Positions 35,147-47,950 of a stretch of DNA of 64,000 nt are shown here, piece after piece; the first letter of the stretch is position 1, and each line of letters begins with the position of its first letter. The stretch covers positions 806,001 to 870,000 of the forward strand of contig CP142735.1 in assembly GCA_036630325.1 (NCBI GenBank), read 5' to 3'. Made by a program: the position numbers and the translations under genes. The notes beneath the pieces are model-generated. The model saw nothing but the letters and a program-made list of their open reading frames with translations. It searched no databases and was not told the DNA's origin. This stretch comes from Vairimorpha necatrix (lineage: Eukaryota).

Positions 35147-36462
35147 CGTGGGTTTGCGTTTTTTTAGTCCAACTTTTGCATTTTTTATAGTCCGAATTAT
35201 GCATTTTTATAGTCCAACTTTTGAAAAAAAAATAACAAAAAACCCAGAATTTGATATACAATGAATAATCAATAGAATTATGTGTAAATAATTTTCAACA
35301 TTAAATAAGATAAACTCGTTTTTCTGCCTTGCCATTTCTAGCCATCTAACCATATTAGTGTAGAATTCATTGCACGAAAGGCTAAAATCATTGTTCAGCA
35401 CTTGCTCTAAATCTGCTTCTACTGTATTATTTGAGTTTCGTATAGCACAAAACCTCGATTTTATCATAGAAAAAAAATTCTTCAATAGGATTAAGTTGTG
35501 GGGAATATGAAGGGAGAAAAAACATAAGATATGCTTAATTCTATTAGCTTATCCAAAACTTATCTTGAATGATGAAATTTAGCATTATCCATCATTTAAA
35601 TCTTTTGAGAATTTGTTTGGAAAAAATCTACAAGATGCCTTTCAATAAATTCGACGAATAGAGCAGAATTATATGCGCCCCTCCTCATTTCATATGCTAT
35701 AATATTCGATTTTGAAATTACGCAAAGACAACTTTATTTTTGCCTCGATTTGCGGGGACTGTTTTAAAGGCTTTTTTTAAGAAAACCCATAATGCCTTGT
35801 GGTATGGGCATTAAATCCATTTTCATCTAAAAAAATCAAATTTTCTAGTGAACACCCCGATATTTCCATGGCATATTCAGCTCTTTTATCAATTTTGTCC
35901 TGCGAATTACGCTCTGCGGGGATTAGAGATAGTCTTTTTATTGTAATATTGAGATATTTCAACTTTCGAGAAATATTAGACAAAGACATTGAAACATTTG
36001 ATAAAGTATTTAGTTATTCTTTGATTTCACTAAGAGTCCTGTCATTACTAAGTGACAATTATGTTTTTTAGCATAAGGTCGATAGGCTTTAATACACTAG
36101 GAGATGATACTTTGATACGATTTATTGTACTTGTAGAGCAAATAGATTATCCCTCTAACATTTTTCTATGTATCCTTCAATCTGTTTTATAATTAGATCT
36201 AATGTAGTAGCTATATCTTTTAATGTCAAGTTTTCATTTTTTATATGTTTTTCAATAAGTTTTAAGACATCTGGAGTGACTGTAGATCTTGGTTTTCTAG
36301 GCATTAGGGGGGAGGTTTCAAAAAAAGGCCTGGGAAATACAAAAAAATGGACTATAGAAATACAAAAAAGTTGGACTATAAAAATGCAAAAGTTAGACTA
36401 TAGAAATGCAAAAGTTGGACTATAAAAATGCAAAAGTTGGACTAAAAAAATGCAAAACCCTG
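35147..36462 (-). mobile_element. Tc1/IS630-type DNA transposon, decayed
   Basis: TA on both flanks. Imperfect TIRs (CAGGGTTTTGCATTTTTTTAGTCC) built from 22-bp GGACTATAAAAATGCAAAAGTT units. The transposase remnant runs from ATG 36304 (MPRKPRS) and shows IFLDENGF, MDNAKFH and YSPQLNPIEEFFS in shifting frames. Confidence 0.85.
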
Positions 36463-37353
36463 TAAAAAATTAAATAAAGCTACAATGTTTATTGTATAAA
36501 ATATAGAATTAAAAATAAGGTATTTTTATGAGACAGGACCACAAAGTCAACATCGATAGAGTCATTTAAATTTTGTCAAATTCTTAATTTAAAATAATAT
36601 TTTAATATGTATGTTAACAAAACAAAAAAAACACTTAAGGCAAAAACCTAATTATGTTTTCGATTGCCAGTCTGTCTCATAATTTTTTCTTTTTTATATA
36701 ATGTGATGCTTTTTAAATGTTTTGTAAGTATAACAAACAAAATGTTTAATTTGAGTTGTATATTAGAATTTTTTGTAGATATAAATCGCAAATTCGATAC
36801 TAGTTATAAATCATATTAATCACTATCTAATGTTTTTTTGTATTTATGTAAAACACGACATATAAATTCTGTATATAGTCTTTAAAGTATTTTACTTGTA
36901 AAAAAAAGGTAAGCGCTTATAAGTCGAAAGCGGTCTCATATATATAAGTTTTACAAGTAAAACTGAAGATATTAAAATTATCTACTAATTGCTGCAAAGT
37001 TAAGAATTTAGAAATTATTTATGTGATGATTCAGTGTTCTAAATCTTAAATAATCTATCTAAATTGGAGCAATATTAATCCATGTTATACTGAATAAAAA
37101 GACCATTTTTTACTAAATAATGAGGCCCTCTGAATGCTGTATAATTTTTTAATAAAATTTTTGTTTTTATATAAGAATTTTAAACTATTTCGGCCGTAAA
37201 TTTTATAGCTTATTTAGAACTTTTGTCTTTATTAATTAAAAACAAAAGGAATAACATTTTCAGTACATTTCTTCGGTAATTAATTTTGTTATACTTATTT
37301 ATCGTTATTTACACACATTATATTGTTTGAATGAAGTTGTATGTAATTATAAC

Positions 37354-40300
37354 TGTTGTTTATATAAGGATTTATCATTGAATAGGGGTTTATTTATTTT
37401 ATTATTTATAATCAACATCCCTCCCCTTATAGAATTAGCTCCTCGTCCACAAGTCTTTTTAGTTGCGAAGCATGTCTTTTGTAAGACTTGGTGCCAATTT
37501 TTATGCAATATGAATTTCCTTCCAATTTACTTAAATACAACCTTTTTTCCAATATCTCGGTTTTCCCTTTGTCACGTTTTCGTTCTTTATTAAAACCGTA
37601 TTCCCAACAGTAAAGACCTCTTCCTTCGGCAATTTCTCTGTTGCTTTTGAATAATTTAATATATTGTTAAATTGTGTTTTTTTAACCGTTTCTGCATATT
37701 CTTTATCTAAGGCTTCGTTTGGTGTACATCCCAACCCTACGTGATAAGAATTATTATAAATTAGAATAGCTTTCTTTACTTTTGTTTTTAAAAACTTGTC
37801 ACTTTCGTTTTTATATACCATCTCTTGTAGAGTTCTATTAAACCTTTCCACTCTTCCGTTCGATTGATGATGGAATGGTGTCGTGTAGTGTAACTTGATA
37901 TCATTTGTATTTGCAACATTTTTAACACAGTTGCTTAAATTTTCTTTTGAGCAATCCAAAACAAGAGTTTTAATTGGTAACTCTTTATTAATTTCCATTA
38001 TAAATTGGGCTATTTTTTGTCCAGACCTATCGTTAATACACTTAGCAAATCCCTTTCTGGTGTAGTAATCTAATCCTGTTATTATATAATTTTTGTCTAT
38101 AGGACCTATAATGTCTATTCCCACCTTTTCGCCTGGATAATACGCTGTTACGAATATAAATTTTTTGTTTTTCTTCGGATTATACATCTTACATATGGTA
38201 CAGTCAGCTATTGCCTTTTTGGTTAGCGATTTGATATTAGGCCATTTATATTCGTTTTCTAAATTATAAATAATTGTTTTTGCACCTCTATGTAGCATTT
38301 CTTTATGCTTTTCGAATATTAATTTAATTTTTTCTTGTTCTGATATAGGTTCACTTTCCTTCACTTCGTTAACAATATTTTCTTTTCCTTCAAAGCTCCT
38401 ACTAAGAGCGTCCACGTGTGACATTTCTTCACCTTTTCTATAAATCACTTTAAATATAAAGTTGCTAAGTCGATCTAGCCATCTGTGGATTCTCAGAGAT
38501 TTAATTTCTCCTTTGTTAAGTGCTTCCAGGGCCTTATGATCTGTAATGGCAGTAAATTCCTTTCCATATAGATAGTATTTAAAATGTTCCATTCCCCATA
38601 GCATAGCTAGACATTCTTTTTCACTTATTGAATAATTTCTTTCGGGAGGATTTAGACTTCTTGAAGCAAATGCGATTGGGACCTTGACTCCCTTGTCGAC
38701 CTGGGCCAATATAGCACCTAGACCTGTGTTTGACGCATCTGTTTCCAGGATAAATTCAAGATTGTAATTCGGCTGATGTAGCTCTATTTGTTTACTTAAT
38801 ACCTCCTTTAATTTTTCGAAGCTGTTTTGGTGTTTTTCTGTCCATATGAATTCTACTCCTTGCTTTAATAGATTGTATAGTGGCTCACATAACGTTGCAC
38901 AATTGCGAATGAATTTTCTATTGTAATTTATCATTCCTAAAAATTCTTGAACTTTTTTCTTATTCTCTGGTTTTTGAAATTCGTTTATAACTTCTATTCT
39001 CGATTTTTCGGCCGATATTTTATTTCTTTCGATATTGTATCCTAAAAATTTTATTTTATTAACTTTTGAAACTGTTTTCTTTTCGTTAATATTGAGATTG
39101 TTGTCCTTTAATATTTTTATTACTCTGCATAAGTTTCTATCGTGTTCCTCACTTGTTTCTCCGAAAATTAAGATGTCATCTACGTAAACGATACACGCCT
39201 TCCCTATTTCATCTTTTAGAACATGATCCATATATCTCTGAAATATGGCCGGGGCATTCTTAAATCCCATTGGCATTACTTTCCATTCATACAAGAAATG
39301 CTTAAATCGAAAAGCAGTTTTATGTTGATCCTTTTTCGCTAGAGGAATGTTAAAGAAACCATCTTTCAAATCCAGTTTTGTAAAAAATTCTTTGTCTCTC
39401 AAATTAAATACCAAGTGTTCTATATTAGGTAGGCTATATTTGTCTAATTCTACCAATTTGTTTAGTGCAACTAAATTAAGTGTTATTCTTATACTGTTAT
39501 CTGGTTTTACTACTGGGCGAATGTTATTTAGCCATGTAGACTTCGATGGGCCTATATAATTCATTTTTATCAAATTTTTTATCGTATCTTCCATTCCAGA
39601 TTCAAATTTCTTGGGAAAGCTAAATACTTTCTCTACAACTATAGCGTCTTTTTTTGTATTTATTTCACATTCATACTGATCCTTAGAGTTTATCATTACT
39701 TTAATTCCATCTTTTCCAATCAAAATTTTTTCTTTGGATACTTTTGGTAAAATAAAAAATTTTAACTGATATTTCGTATTTTTATAAGTAACGTCACATA
39801 AAACATGATACTTAACTTCAAAGGTTTCCTCAAGACAGGTTCTGAATTTCAGTTTGACATGGTTTTTTCTTCTTTTTAAACCAGCTTTTAATCTAACTGT
39901 GTCAGAAATAAAATTGTAGTTAGATCCTGTATCAAAGACTACTAAAAATTTTTTGTCTTCGATATAAACTAAATTCTCTTTATTGATAATCTCTTCTGAG
40001 TCTTCTAAGACTTCATTTATTTGAAGCTGCTTTTTGTTATCGTATTTCTGCTTTATTATATCATTTCTAACTTTCTTAGAACCATTACGACCAGATTTCA
40101 TATTTCCTTTTTCTTCTCTTCCCAAAATAGTCCTTATCTTATCGTTCAATTCTTTATCAATTTTTTCCATCATTAGAACTCGCTTAAGGTCGATATCATT
40201 TAAAGAACAACAGCTCGTTATGTATGCTCTTAAATTTGGAAATTCTCTTCTTATCCCGAGCATTACAATTTTCATAGATTCTTTTGAGTCCATTTTTACT

Positions 40301-40695
40301 ACTTTTGATTTCTTTTTAACTTCGTCAATGAAATCTTTTGCATTCTGGTCCTTTTTCTGAAAAAGGCGGTAAACATCCACTAGTTCAATTTCATCTTCTT
40401 TAAATTCTTTATACAGTGCTTCTTTCCACTTGTCATATGTTATAGAGGAACTTCTTGTATGTTCCATAAATGTTGAGTGCCATTCAATTATTTCGTAACT
40501 GGCTTTACTCAAAACATACTCAATTTTATCCAATGATTCCATTTTTTTAAACCATCTAAATATTTCATATCTCATCAATTCTTGGGATAAATTTTTCCTA
40601 TTTATACTGGGTTGATCATTATTCTCCACCATGTTGTTTATATAAGGATTTATCATTGAATAGGGGTTTATTTATTTTATTATTTATAATCAACA
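37354..40695 (-). mobile_element. Ty3/gypsy LTR retrotransposon C (3342 bp, identical 64-bp LTRs)
   Basis: LTRs at 37354-37417 and 40632-40695 (TGTTG...CAACA). TSD ATAAC, PBS TGGTGGAGAAT, PPT AAGGGGAGGGA. Confidence 0.96.
37427..40656 (-). CDS. Gag-Pol polyprotein of element C (1-bp frameshift near 37533 in the integrase C-terminus)
   Basis: VFDTGS, YVDD, ETDAS, HHCC and DDE. One extra T extends the frame (GCILSKLEGNSY...KRHASQLK) to a TAA at 37427-37429 that abuts the PPT. Confidence 0.88.
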
Positions 40696-41561
40696 ATAAC
40701 ATTATCTTGTTTTTCTCTCAAAGAATTTTATTGATTTTTTAGATTATTTTTTTTATTTAATAAGTTTTGTTTCTTCCCCGGACTCTAGAAACAAGATATT
40801 TTATGTTTTCGTATTGTATGAACATTTAAGGACATCTACTATATTGTTATCTAAAAGAAAACAATTTTAATAATTTTCTTAATTAAATTTTCTCCAAAAA
40901 TCTTAGATATTAATTAATGTCTCATATGTAATTTTGGCGAGGATTGGCTCACAAGTTTGATTTTGGAAAATATATCATATATGCATCGAAACCATGAAAT
41001 CGATAGTATATTATTATATTGTGTATTCAATAGTTGTATATATCAAATTTTAAATTTATATATTAGAACCATGAACAATGTTACAATTTCCATCAGAGAA
41101 CTCTTGTATTTTCTAAAACTCCTCAAATAAATTAAAAAGACAGTTCCTTTTGCATTTTTTCTCTTATACAATAAATAGTTGTAACAAGCAATTCATATGT
41201 ATTTTATAAGACTGCAAATTGATGTTCTTTATGTAATTGAAAAAGAAAAAGCAAATAAAATTAATATTAAAGTTTTATTTGGTAGTATATAATTTGACAC
41301 TTATTACAAAAAAATACTAATATGTTTGAATACCTCTATTGGTAATTTTTCTAATAACCTACATGTCATTTAAATCAATCAAATAAACTATAAAACAAGT
41401 CAAAATAAAATTTATGATAATAAGAATATAAGCAGAATATTAACTTGTTTGGGGCCTACAAAATGTCCAATGCTACTTTCGTTTTTGCTGAATATTTTTA
41501 ATTTCCAAAACTATACTATTTAATTTATTACGGTTTATAAAAAACCCATTAGACCCCAAGA

Positions 41562-42356
41562 ATGTTTATTTATTTCTTTTGTGCATTTGGAATAGAACAA
41601 AAATTAGATGTGTATCCAAGAACGTATGAACAAGCCAATAATACAAGTATCCCCTTACCATATTTAGAATCAAGATCTCGTCAATATCAATCTCCCATAC
41701 AATACAACAAACTATCTTTACATATGTTTGCTAAAACCCCGATTGCTAAAAAATATATTTTTAATGGAGATTACATTGGGTTTTTAAAATATAAGCTTTT
41801 TTACATAACCAAAGATCTAGCTAATAATAAAATTTATTACCCGAGTGGTCGATTATGTGACTTAAACAATCTAAATCATCGACTTTCAGTAAATAATATC
41901 GGAGATATAATAAGAAAGTGGAATCAAAAACTATATAACGTAGTTTCAAATACATTCAATTCTTTAATGTTAAATATACAAGACCTTGGACTAACTAAAT
42001 ATGAATTGTCAGTTTATGAAAATGACTTGGAATTAATTTCTAAAGTTTTAATAACGTTACATAAATTTACACCGTCTCCTATCGATTGGGGTTTCTCAAA
42101 ATCTTTCGCAATTTACCATAACAATCGCATAGCTGGAAAAGTATTCGATATTTTTTGTGAAATACCAATGAACATTATCTTACAAAACATTAGATACGAT
42201 TTAAATTTGTGTTCTAAGGCTGATGATTACAAAAAAATATTAGTGCAAGATTCAGTAAAAGATTTACAAAATCAAATATATGAACTTTCACAAGAAACTA
42301 AAATATATTTTGAAAGTATCAATGAAATGAATCTCATGTTAGATAAATGTAGATAA
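41562..42356 (+). CDS. Lineage-specific, probably secreted protein, family member 1
   Basis: ACCCCAAGAATG start, short hydrophobic N-terminus, colinear with 49055..49852 (IPLPYLE, YYPS, YHNN, PMNIILQNI). Confidence 0.8.
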   Translation: MFIYFFCAFGIEQKLDVYPRTYEQANNTSIPLPYLESRSRQYQSPIQYNKLSLHMFAKTPIAKKYIFNGDYIGFLKYKLFYITKDLANNKIYYPSGRLCDLNNLNHRLSVNNIGDIIRKWNQKLYNVVSNTFNSLMLNIQDLGLTKYELSVYENDLELISKVLITLHKFTPSPIDWGFSKSFAIYHNNRIAGKVFDIFCEIPMNIILQNIRYDLNLCSKADDYKKILVQDSVKDLQNQIYELSQETKIYFESINEMNLMLDKCR

Positions 42357-43383
42357 TAAAAAAAATTTTATTTAAAATTATTAGGTTATAATAAGTGAAC
42401 ATTATATAATATACATTTTTATAAAAACTTCTTGCTAAAAGACATATATTATATTATTTTTCCTGTGTTGTGTATAGGAACATTAAAATAAAAAAAAATT
42501 TATATTACAAATAGAGCTTAAATTAGTTTTCCAAAAAGCTTGTAACAATTTTTAAAACATTTATATTGTATTCGTGATATATTTTGAGAATTATGTTGCC
42601 ACAACCAAAATATTTACAAATGATTTCACGAAAATAAAACTAAAATTAAAGTTAGCGATAATAATGCTGCCATTCGTGTCGAATAAAGCAACATCAAAAT
42701 TAATAGAGTAAATTTTACATTTTATGTTTTTTTGTGTATGTAAATAAGGCTAGTCACAAAATATACTAAACTTTTCATTGTTTTAGAAGCATATAATAAT
42801 GCTGCTAGGGGAAAAACTTTCTATAAAATTTATATATATTTACATGAATCTCTGTTTTGTCGAAAAATAGAACCATAAATAAGACATAATAAAAGGGATG
42901 TTATATGATTCAATAGTAGTTGTGATGATTAAAGATATTAAATAGCGCTATTATTAATATATAGCGCAATATTCGGAATTTATATAGGTGTTACGTCGCG
43001 ATTTTCTTTGGTTGGGCCATATAGATATACTAATAGATATTAATGCACTTAAAAAAAACTTTTTCATAAAAAATATCGGGCACTTATTAAAAATTATTAT
43101 AAATTTGAACCGACTATTTTTCTATAAATATTTTTTAAAATAATTATTTCGAAAACCAAAACAAAAAGTATATGGATATATTTAAATATAATTTAGTTTT
43201 TTTAAAATCGCGAGATTTTACTAGTTCCGCGAATTGTAAAGACTGACGATGAAAGTAGATATTTTGAAGAATTATACTCTTCGTTTTTATTTTTATTAAA
43301 TATCAGCATAATATTTTTGTGCTTCTGTATACTGCACATTTAATTTGGTCTATTAATGTGTTGGATACCATTTTAATAATATA

Positions 43384-46300
43384 TGTCTTTATTTATCATA
43401 ATGGGGGATAGAAATTATACAAATATATCACATCCCCCCTTCAAGACGGTTAGTCTCATCTAATTTTCACATCTACCCCAAGCATACCCTTCAGATCATA
43501 ATGTCTCTTCTTCACAAGCCTACCATTACTAAGTTTTACAATATAAGAATCCTTTCCACACTTTTCAACAATTTTTCCTGTATCCAAAAATCTTCCTTTT
43601 TCATACTTATTAACACCTGCCAAATTTTCTCGTTTAGCTATTCTTACCAATTGACCTTTACTAAATTTTTCGATCTTTCCCTTTCCAAACCTATTACAAT
43701 ATTTCCCTATAGGGCTATTTTCAAGCATTACGTCTCCAGTTTTATCTTCAGTCGCTTCTAATGGTGTACATTTTATTCCCGTATGATAGCTCTGATTATA
43801 TATATCGATACTTTTATACACTTTACCTTCAAAAGTTTTCGCATCCGACTTTAAAATACTTTCTCTCAAAGTTCCTATAACACGCTCTACTCTTCCGTTA
43901 CTTCTATGCGCTTCTATACTTACTTGTCGGTGTATTATATCGAGATCTCTACAAAATTTTCTAAATTCCACGTTAATAAACTCTTTCCCGTTATCTGTAA
44001 TAATTTCTTCTGGTTTCTTCCCTTGCTCACATAATCTTTTCAAAAATCCAACAACATTATTACTTGACTTGTTATTTATAACTACTCCCCATACTCTACG
44101 TGTAAAATAATCGATAGCAACTAAAACATATTTCTTCTCATTTCTAAAGTCTATCAAATCTAATGCAACCTTCTCTAAGTATCTCGACGTATCTACAAAT
44201 TCACAACCACCCATATTTTTCCTGTTATATATCTGACATTTCTGACACTGTTTTATAACCTCGTTTATTTCTTTCTTTACTCCTGGCCAATAGTATTCTT
44301 CTCTCATTGCATAATAAACACTTGTCATGCATCTGTGGCCTACTTTTTCATGATATTCTTGGATTAATTGTCTCCTTATATTCTCAGGTGGTATTTCAAC
44401 TTTACGTCCTGAGTCAAATTGCCAATATTGCTTTTCATTCTCGGAAGAAACATGTGCTTTCCATTTACCTTCTGTTTGCTTGATTGTTCGCTCTTTATTT
44501 TTCATTTCTTTAATATCCTCTTCCATATTTATTCGACTCAACGCATCTGCTACCACCATCTCATCAGGTTTTTTATATTCCACGATAAAATCATATTCCT
44601 GTATCTTCTCGATTAAGCGATTTATTCTGTTATTATTAAAAAACGGTTTATTTCTTATCTCCACCAGTGCTTTGTGATCCGTTTATATTTTGAATTTCCT
44701 ACCTCTTAACTCGTATTTAAATTTTTCAATGCCCCAATATATCGCAAGCATTTCCTTTTCTGATATTCCATATCTTATTTCGGTAGGTGTTAGCTTTTTA
44801 GATGCCCATTGTATAGCAACCCATTCCCCATTCTCATTCTTCTGAAGTAACACCGCACCCAATCTCAAATTGCTAGCGTCTGTTCTTAGTATGAACTCCT
44901 TATTATAGTCCGGTAATCTTAGTCTTCCCATATTTCTTAACACATTTTTCATTTTAGTAAATTCCTCTTTCATCTCTTCCGTAAATTTCCACGAATTGCC
45001 ATTTTTCTTCAAACTATCTGTCATTTTCAACGTCAGCCCGGCATAATCTTTTATAAATGGTCTGAACCATCCAGTCAATTTTAGAAACCTCCTCAATTCC
45101 GTCAAAGTTTTTGGATCCGGATACTCCAAGGCTTCATTTTTCTTTATTTCGTCGGCCGTCATGTCTATTCCATTCAGCGTCACACCTAATAATTTTACTT
45201 CCGCTTGTATAAACTGTATTTTCCCAATATTTAATTTCATTTTATTTCTCTTAATTCTTTCTAAAACCTCTATTACTAATTCATCGTGTTTACGTTTATT
45301 GTTGGCATGTATTACTATATCGTCCATGTATACCTCAACACCATTTCCTCGCAAATCTTCAAAAATCATATTCATCGTTCTCTGTAGTATCTGTGGGGAA
45401 TTTTTGTATCCCATCACCATACTATTCCATTCGTAAACTTTTTTATTAAATTCAAACGCCGTCTTATGTTTATCTTTTTCTTCGATTTCAAAATGGTAAA
45501 ATGCTTCTTTGCAATCAACAACAGTAAATATTATCGACCCTTGCGTAGCTCTTATTATTTCTCTCATATTCGTTAGCTCATACGGGTCTTTCTCGACTAA
45601 ATCATTCAGCCCTATAAAATTACTAACTACTCTTACTTCACCACTTGGTTTAAGTATCGCTCTTATTGGGTTTCGCCATTCCGAAGACGATCTTCTTATA
45701 ATTTTTCTATTTTCTAAATCATTAATATATTCCTCAGTCTGTTTGATCAAAGCCTGTGGGATCGTCTGTCCCTTTCTGACTATCTTCTTACCCTCTGGAG
45801 TATCTATCTTACACTTCTCTAATGTACAATAACTTATAACCTCATCTCCTTGTTTAAAAACTTCTTCATATTCCGCTTTGAGATCTTCCAACGTAAATGC
45901 CCTCTTCAGTAATCTTCTTTTCGTCTCTTTATTGCTCGCATATATTCTTTCTTTATGTCTTCCATCACTATTATTACATTCCTTTAACTTAACTCGTTTT
46001 GTCTTTCCACTTGGTTTATATTCTTTATTATCATTACTGCTACTACAACTTTGGTTTTCGTCTAAATTTAAGTACTTATTAAACTTTTTATTATTTTCCT
46101 GATTATTGTTCCTTCCTACATAGCAGTTCCTAGCCATATGGCCAAATTTACCACAATTAAAACAATTCCTATTATTTCTTATTTCTTGTACTGTATTCCT
46201 TAAAATTAAATCTTTCTCTTGAATTTCTTTTCTTACAGTTTCTCTAACATTCTCAGCTATAACCTCAATAAGTTCTCTCCTATTTTCTTCTTCTTTTTTA

Positions 46301-46602
46301 GTTCTTTCTTCTCTACATATTTCCTCCTCTAATTTCTCAATTATTTTATAATATTCGTCCTCTTTACTAATTCTTTCTACCATGAAATTTTTTATTTCTT
46401 CACTTCCTTCCATAAATATTCTCTGCTTCCACAAACTGATTTCTATTTCCTCCATCTCCAAAATATACAATATTCTTTTAACTTCTTTTAATAACTTTTT
46501 GGCCTCTAGACCACAGTCCACACTTGTAAACTGACGATTCGGTATCGCCCCCATGTCTTTATTTATCATAATGGGGGATAGAAATTATACAAATATATCA
46601 CA
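43384..46602 (-). mobile_element. Ty3/gypsy LTR retrotransposon D (3219 bp, identical 49-bp LTRs)
   Basis: LTRs at 43384-43432 and 46554-46602 (TGT...ACA). TSD ATATA, PBS TGGGGGCGA, PPT GAAGGGGGGA. Confidence 0.95.
43456..46569 (-). pseudogene. Gag-RT-RH-IN polyprotein of element D, in-frame TAA at 44683-44685, no recognisable protease
   Basis: CFNCGKFGHMARNC, YMDD, RTDAS, KFKI*TDHKAL, HHCC and DDE. The two ORF-track pieces are in the same frame. Confidence 0.88.
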
Positions 46603-47619
46603 ATATATAAACACCATTCTTAAAATTTATGATATTATAATGTTCTTAAAGATTGATATGTTAAATGTTTATTATGCTTTATTTAATCATTTGAGAAACG
46701 TTATTCACCAACGTATCTTGTTTATAAAATCAGTCGTCTTTCATTTCGAGTTTCATAAAAAATTTCCATCCATTATTGCTCCTTAAGAATAATTTATTAA
46801 TTTTTTAAGTAACTGGAATTAATTGCTCGTTGCTATTATTAAAGTGTTATTTAGTCATTGAATTACCTAATTTTTTTTAACTTATTTAGTAGTGGTTTTA
46901 ATCAAATGCATGTATACCTCCATTTTTTTCCTAAGTAAGCACAATTGACATTGTAAAGCATAATTATTTCTCTGATATTATGTGCTCATATTAAAATTTG
47001 TTATAACTTGAGTTTTTGATCTATTTTTTGGCAATGTTTTTTTACTTTTTCGCTATATATGGAGAAAACATAAAAAAGTAATGACTTAAAATTTTTCAAT
47101 TTTCTTTCAGAGCTACATGAGAAATTATCGACCTATTTATATAACTTCAAAATGGCCAAATTTAAAATATGAAAAAAAATCAATGTTATTTCACACAAAA
47201 AAACATTGCGAATATATTACAAAACAAAAAAATTTATTAAGATAAAATTATTTATATAAATGGACCTTATTGTCAAAAACAAACATTTTAGTACAAAAAA
47301 TCGACCAGGTTAAAATAAATGTCTTCGATAAAGAATACAACAAAAAGTTAATCTTTAAAATTTTTATAAAATTGCAATGCTAAAAAAAATTATGTCTATC
47401 AAAAATAACAAAGAAAAATTAATACATTTTTTTAAAACAAATATTATTTATACACACAATAAAGTCAATATCTATAATCTAAAAAAATCATAGTAGAAAA
47501 GATAAAAAACCAATAAATACGAAGATTTTATGATATTGCGCATAGTATACATTTAATTTTATATTTTAAACCTTATACAAATACAAACTAAGTTGATGGA
47601 TTGAAACGGATAACTAATT

Positions 47620-47950
47620 TATACTTGTAAGAAAGCCAATGAGAGCATATAGACGCATAAGCAAAAAGCATGGAGGATTATTAATACAGATAGGAACACG
47701 GCGAGGAAACAATTCCATATAGCACATAATCTTTGATCGACAAAACAAATAGAACTTTAATGCTTATTCAAAAAAGGATTTTTAATACAAGAACGAAAAA
47801 AGTAATAATTACATGATTTATTCAGCGCATAATAAAGTCAAAAATTAGACATAAAAAATTTAAATGAAGCCATTATGACTTAATAAATTTTCATCAACGC
47901 CACTAGATAAACTACTATTTTGTAGATGCAACCTGCTCATAATGAAGTTT
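47620..47950 (+). mobile_element. Possible decayed non-LTR (LINE) retrotransposon fragment
   Basis: The broken translation includes KQKAWRIIN and QPAHNEV, resembling the LINE endonuclease-RT linker. No RT motifs were seen. Confidence 0.3.

Noticed and set aside
36345-36460. CRISPR-like repeat array
   Set aside because: Contiguous 22-bp units without spacers; part of a transposon TIR in a eukaryote.
44683-44685. Stop-codon readthrough or alternative genetic code in element D
   Set aside because: TAA is the normal stop of most host genes here, and the element carries other likely damaging substitutions. A simple nonsense mutation explains it.
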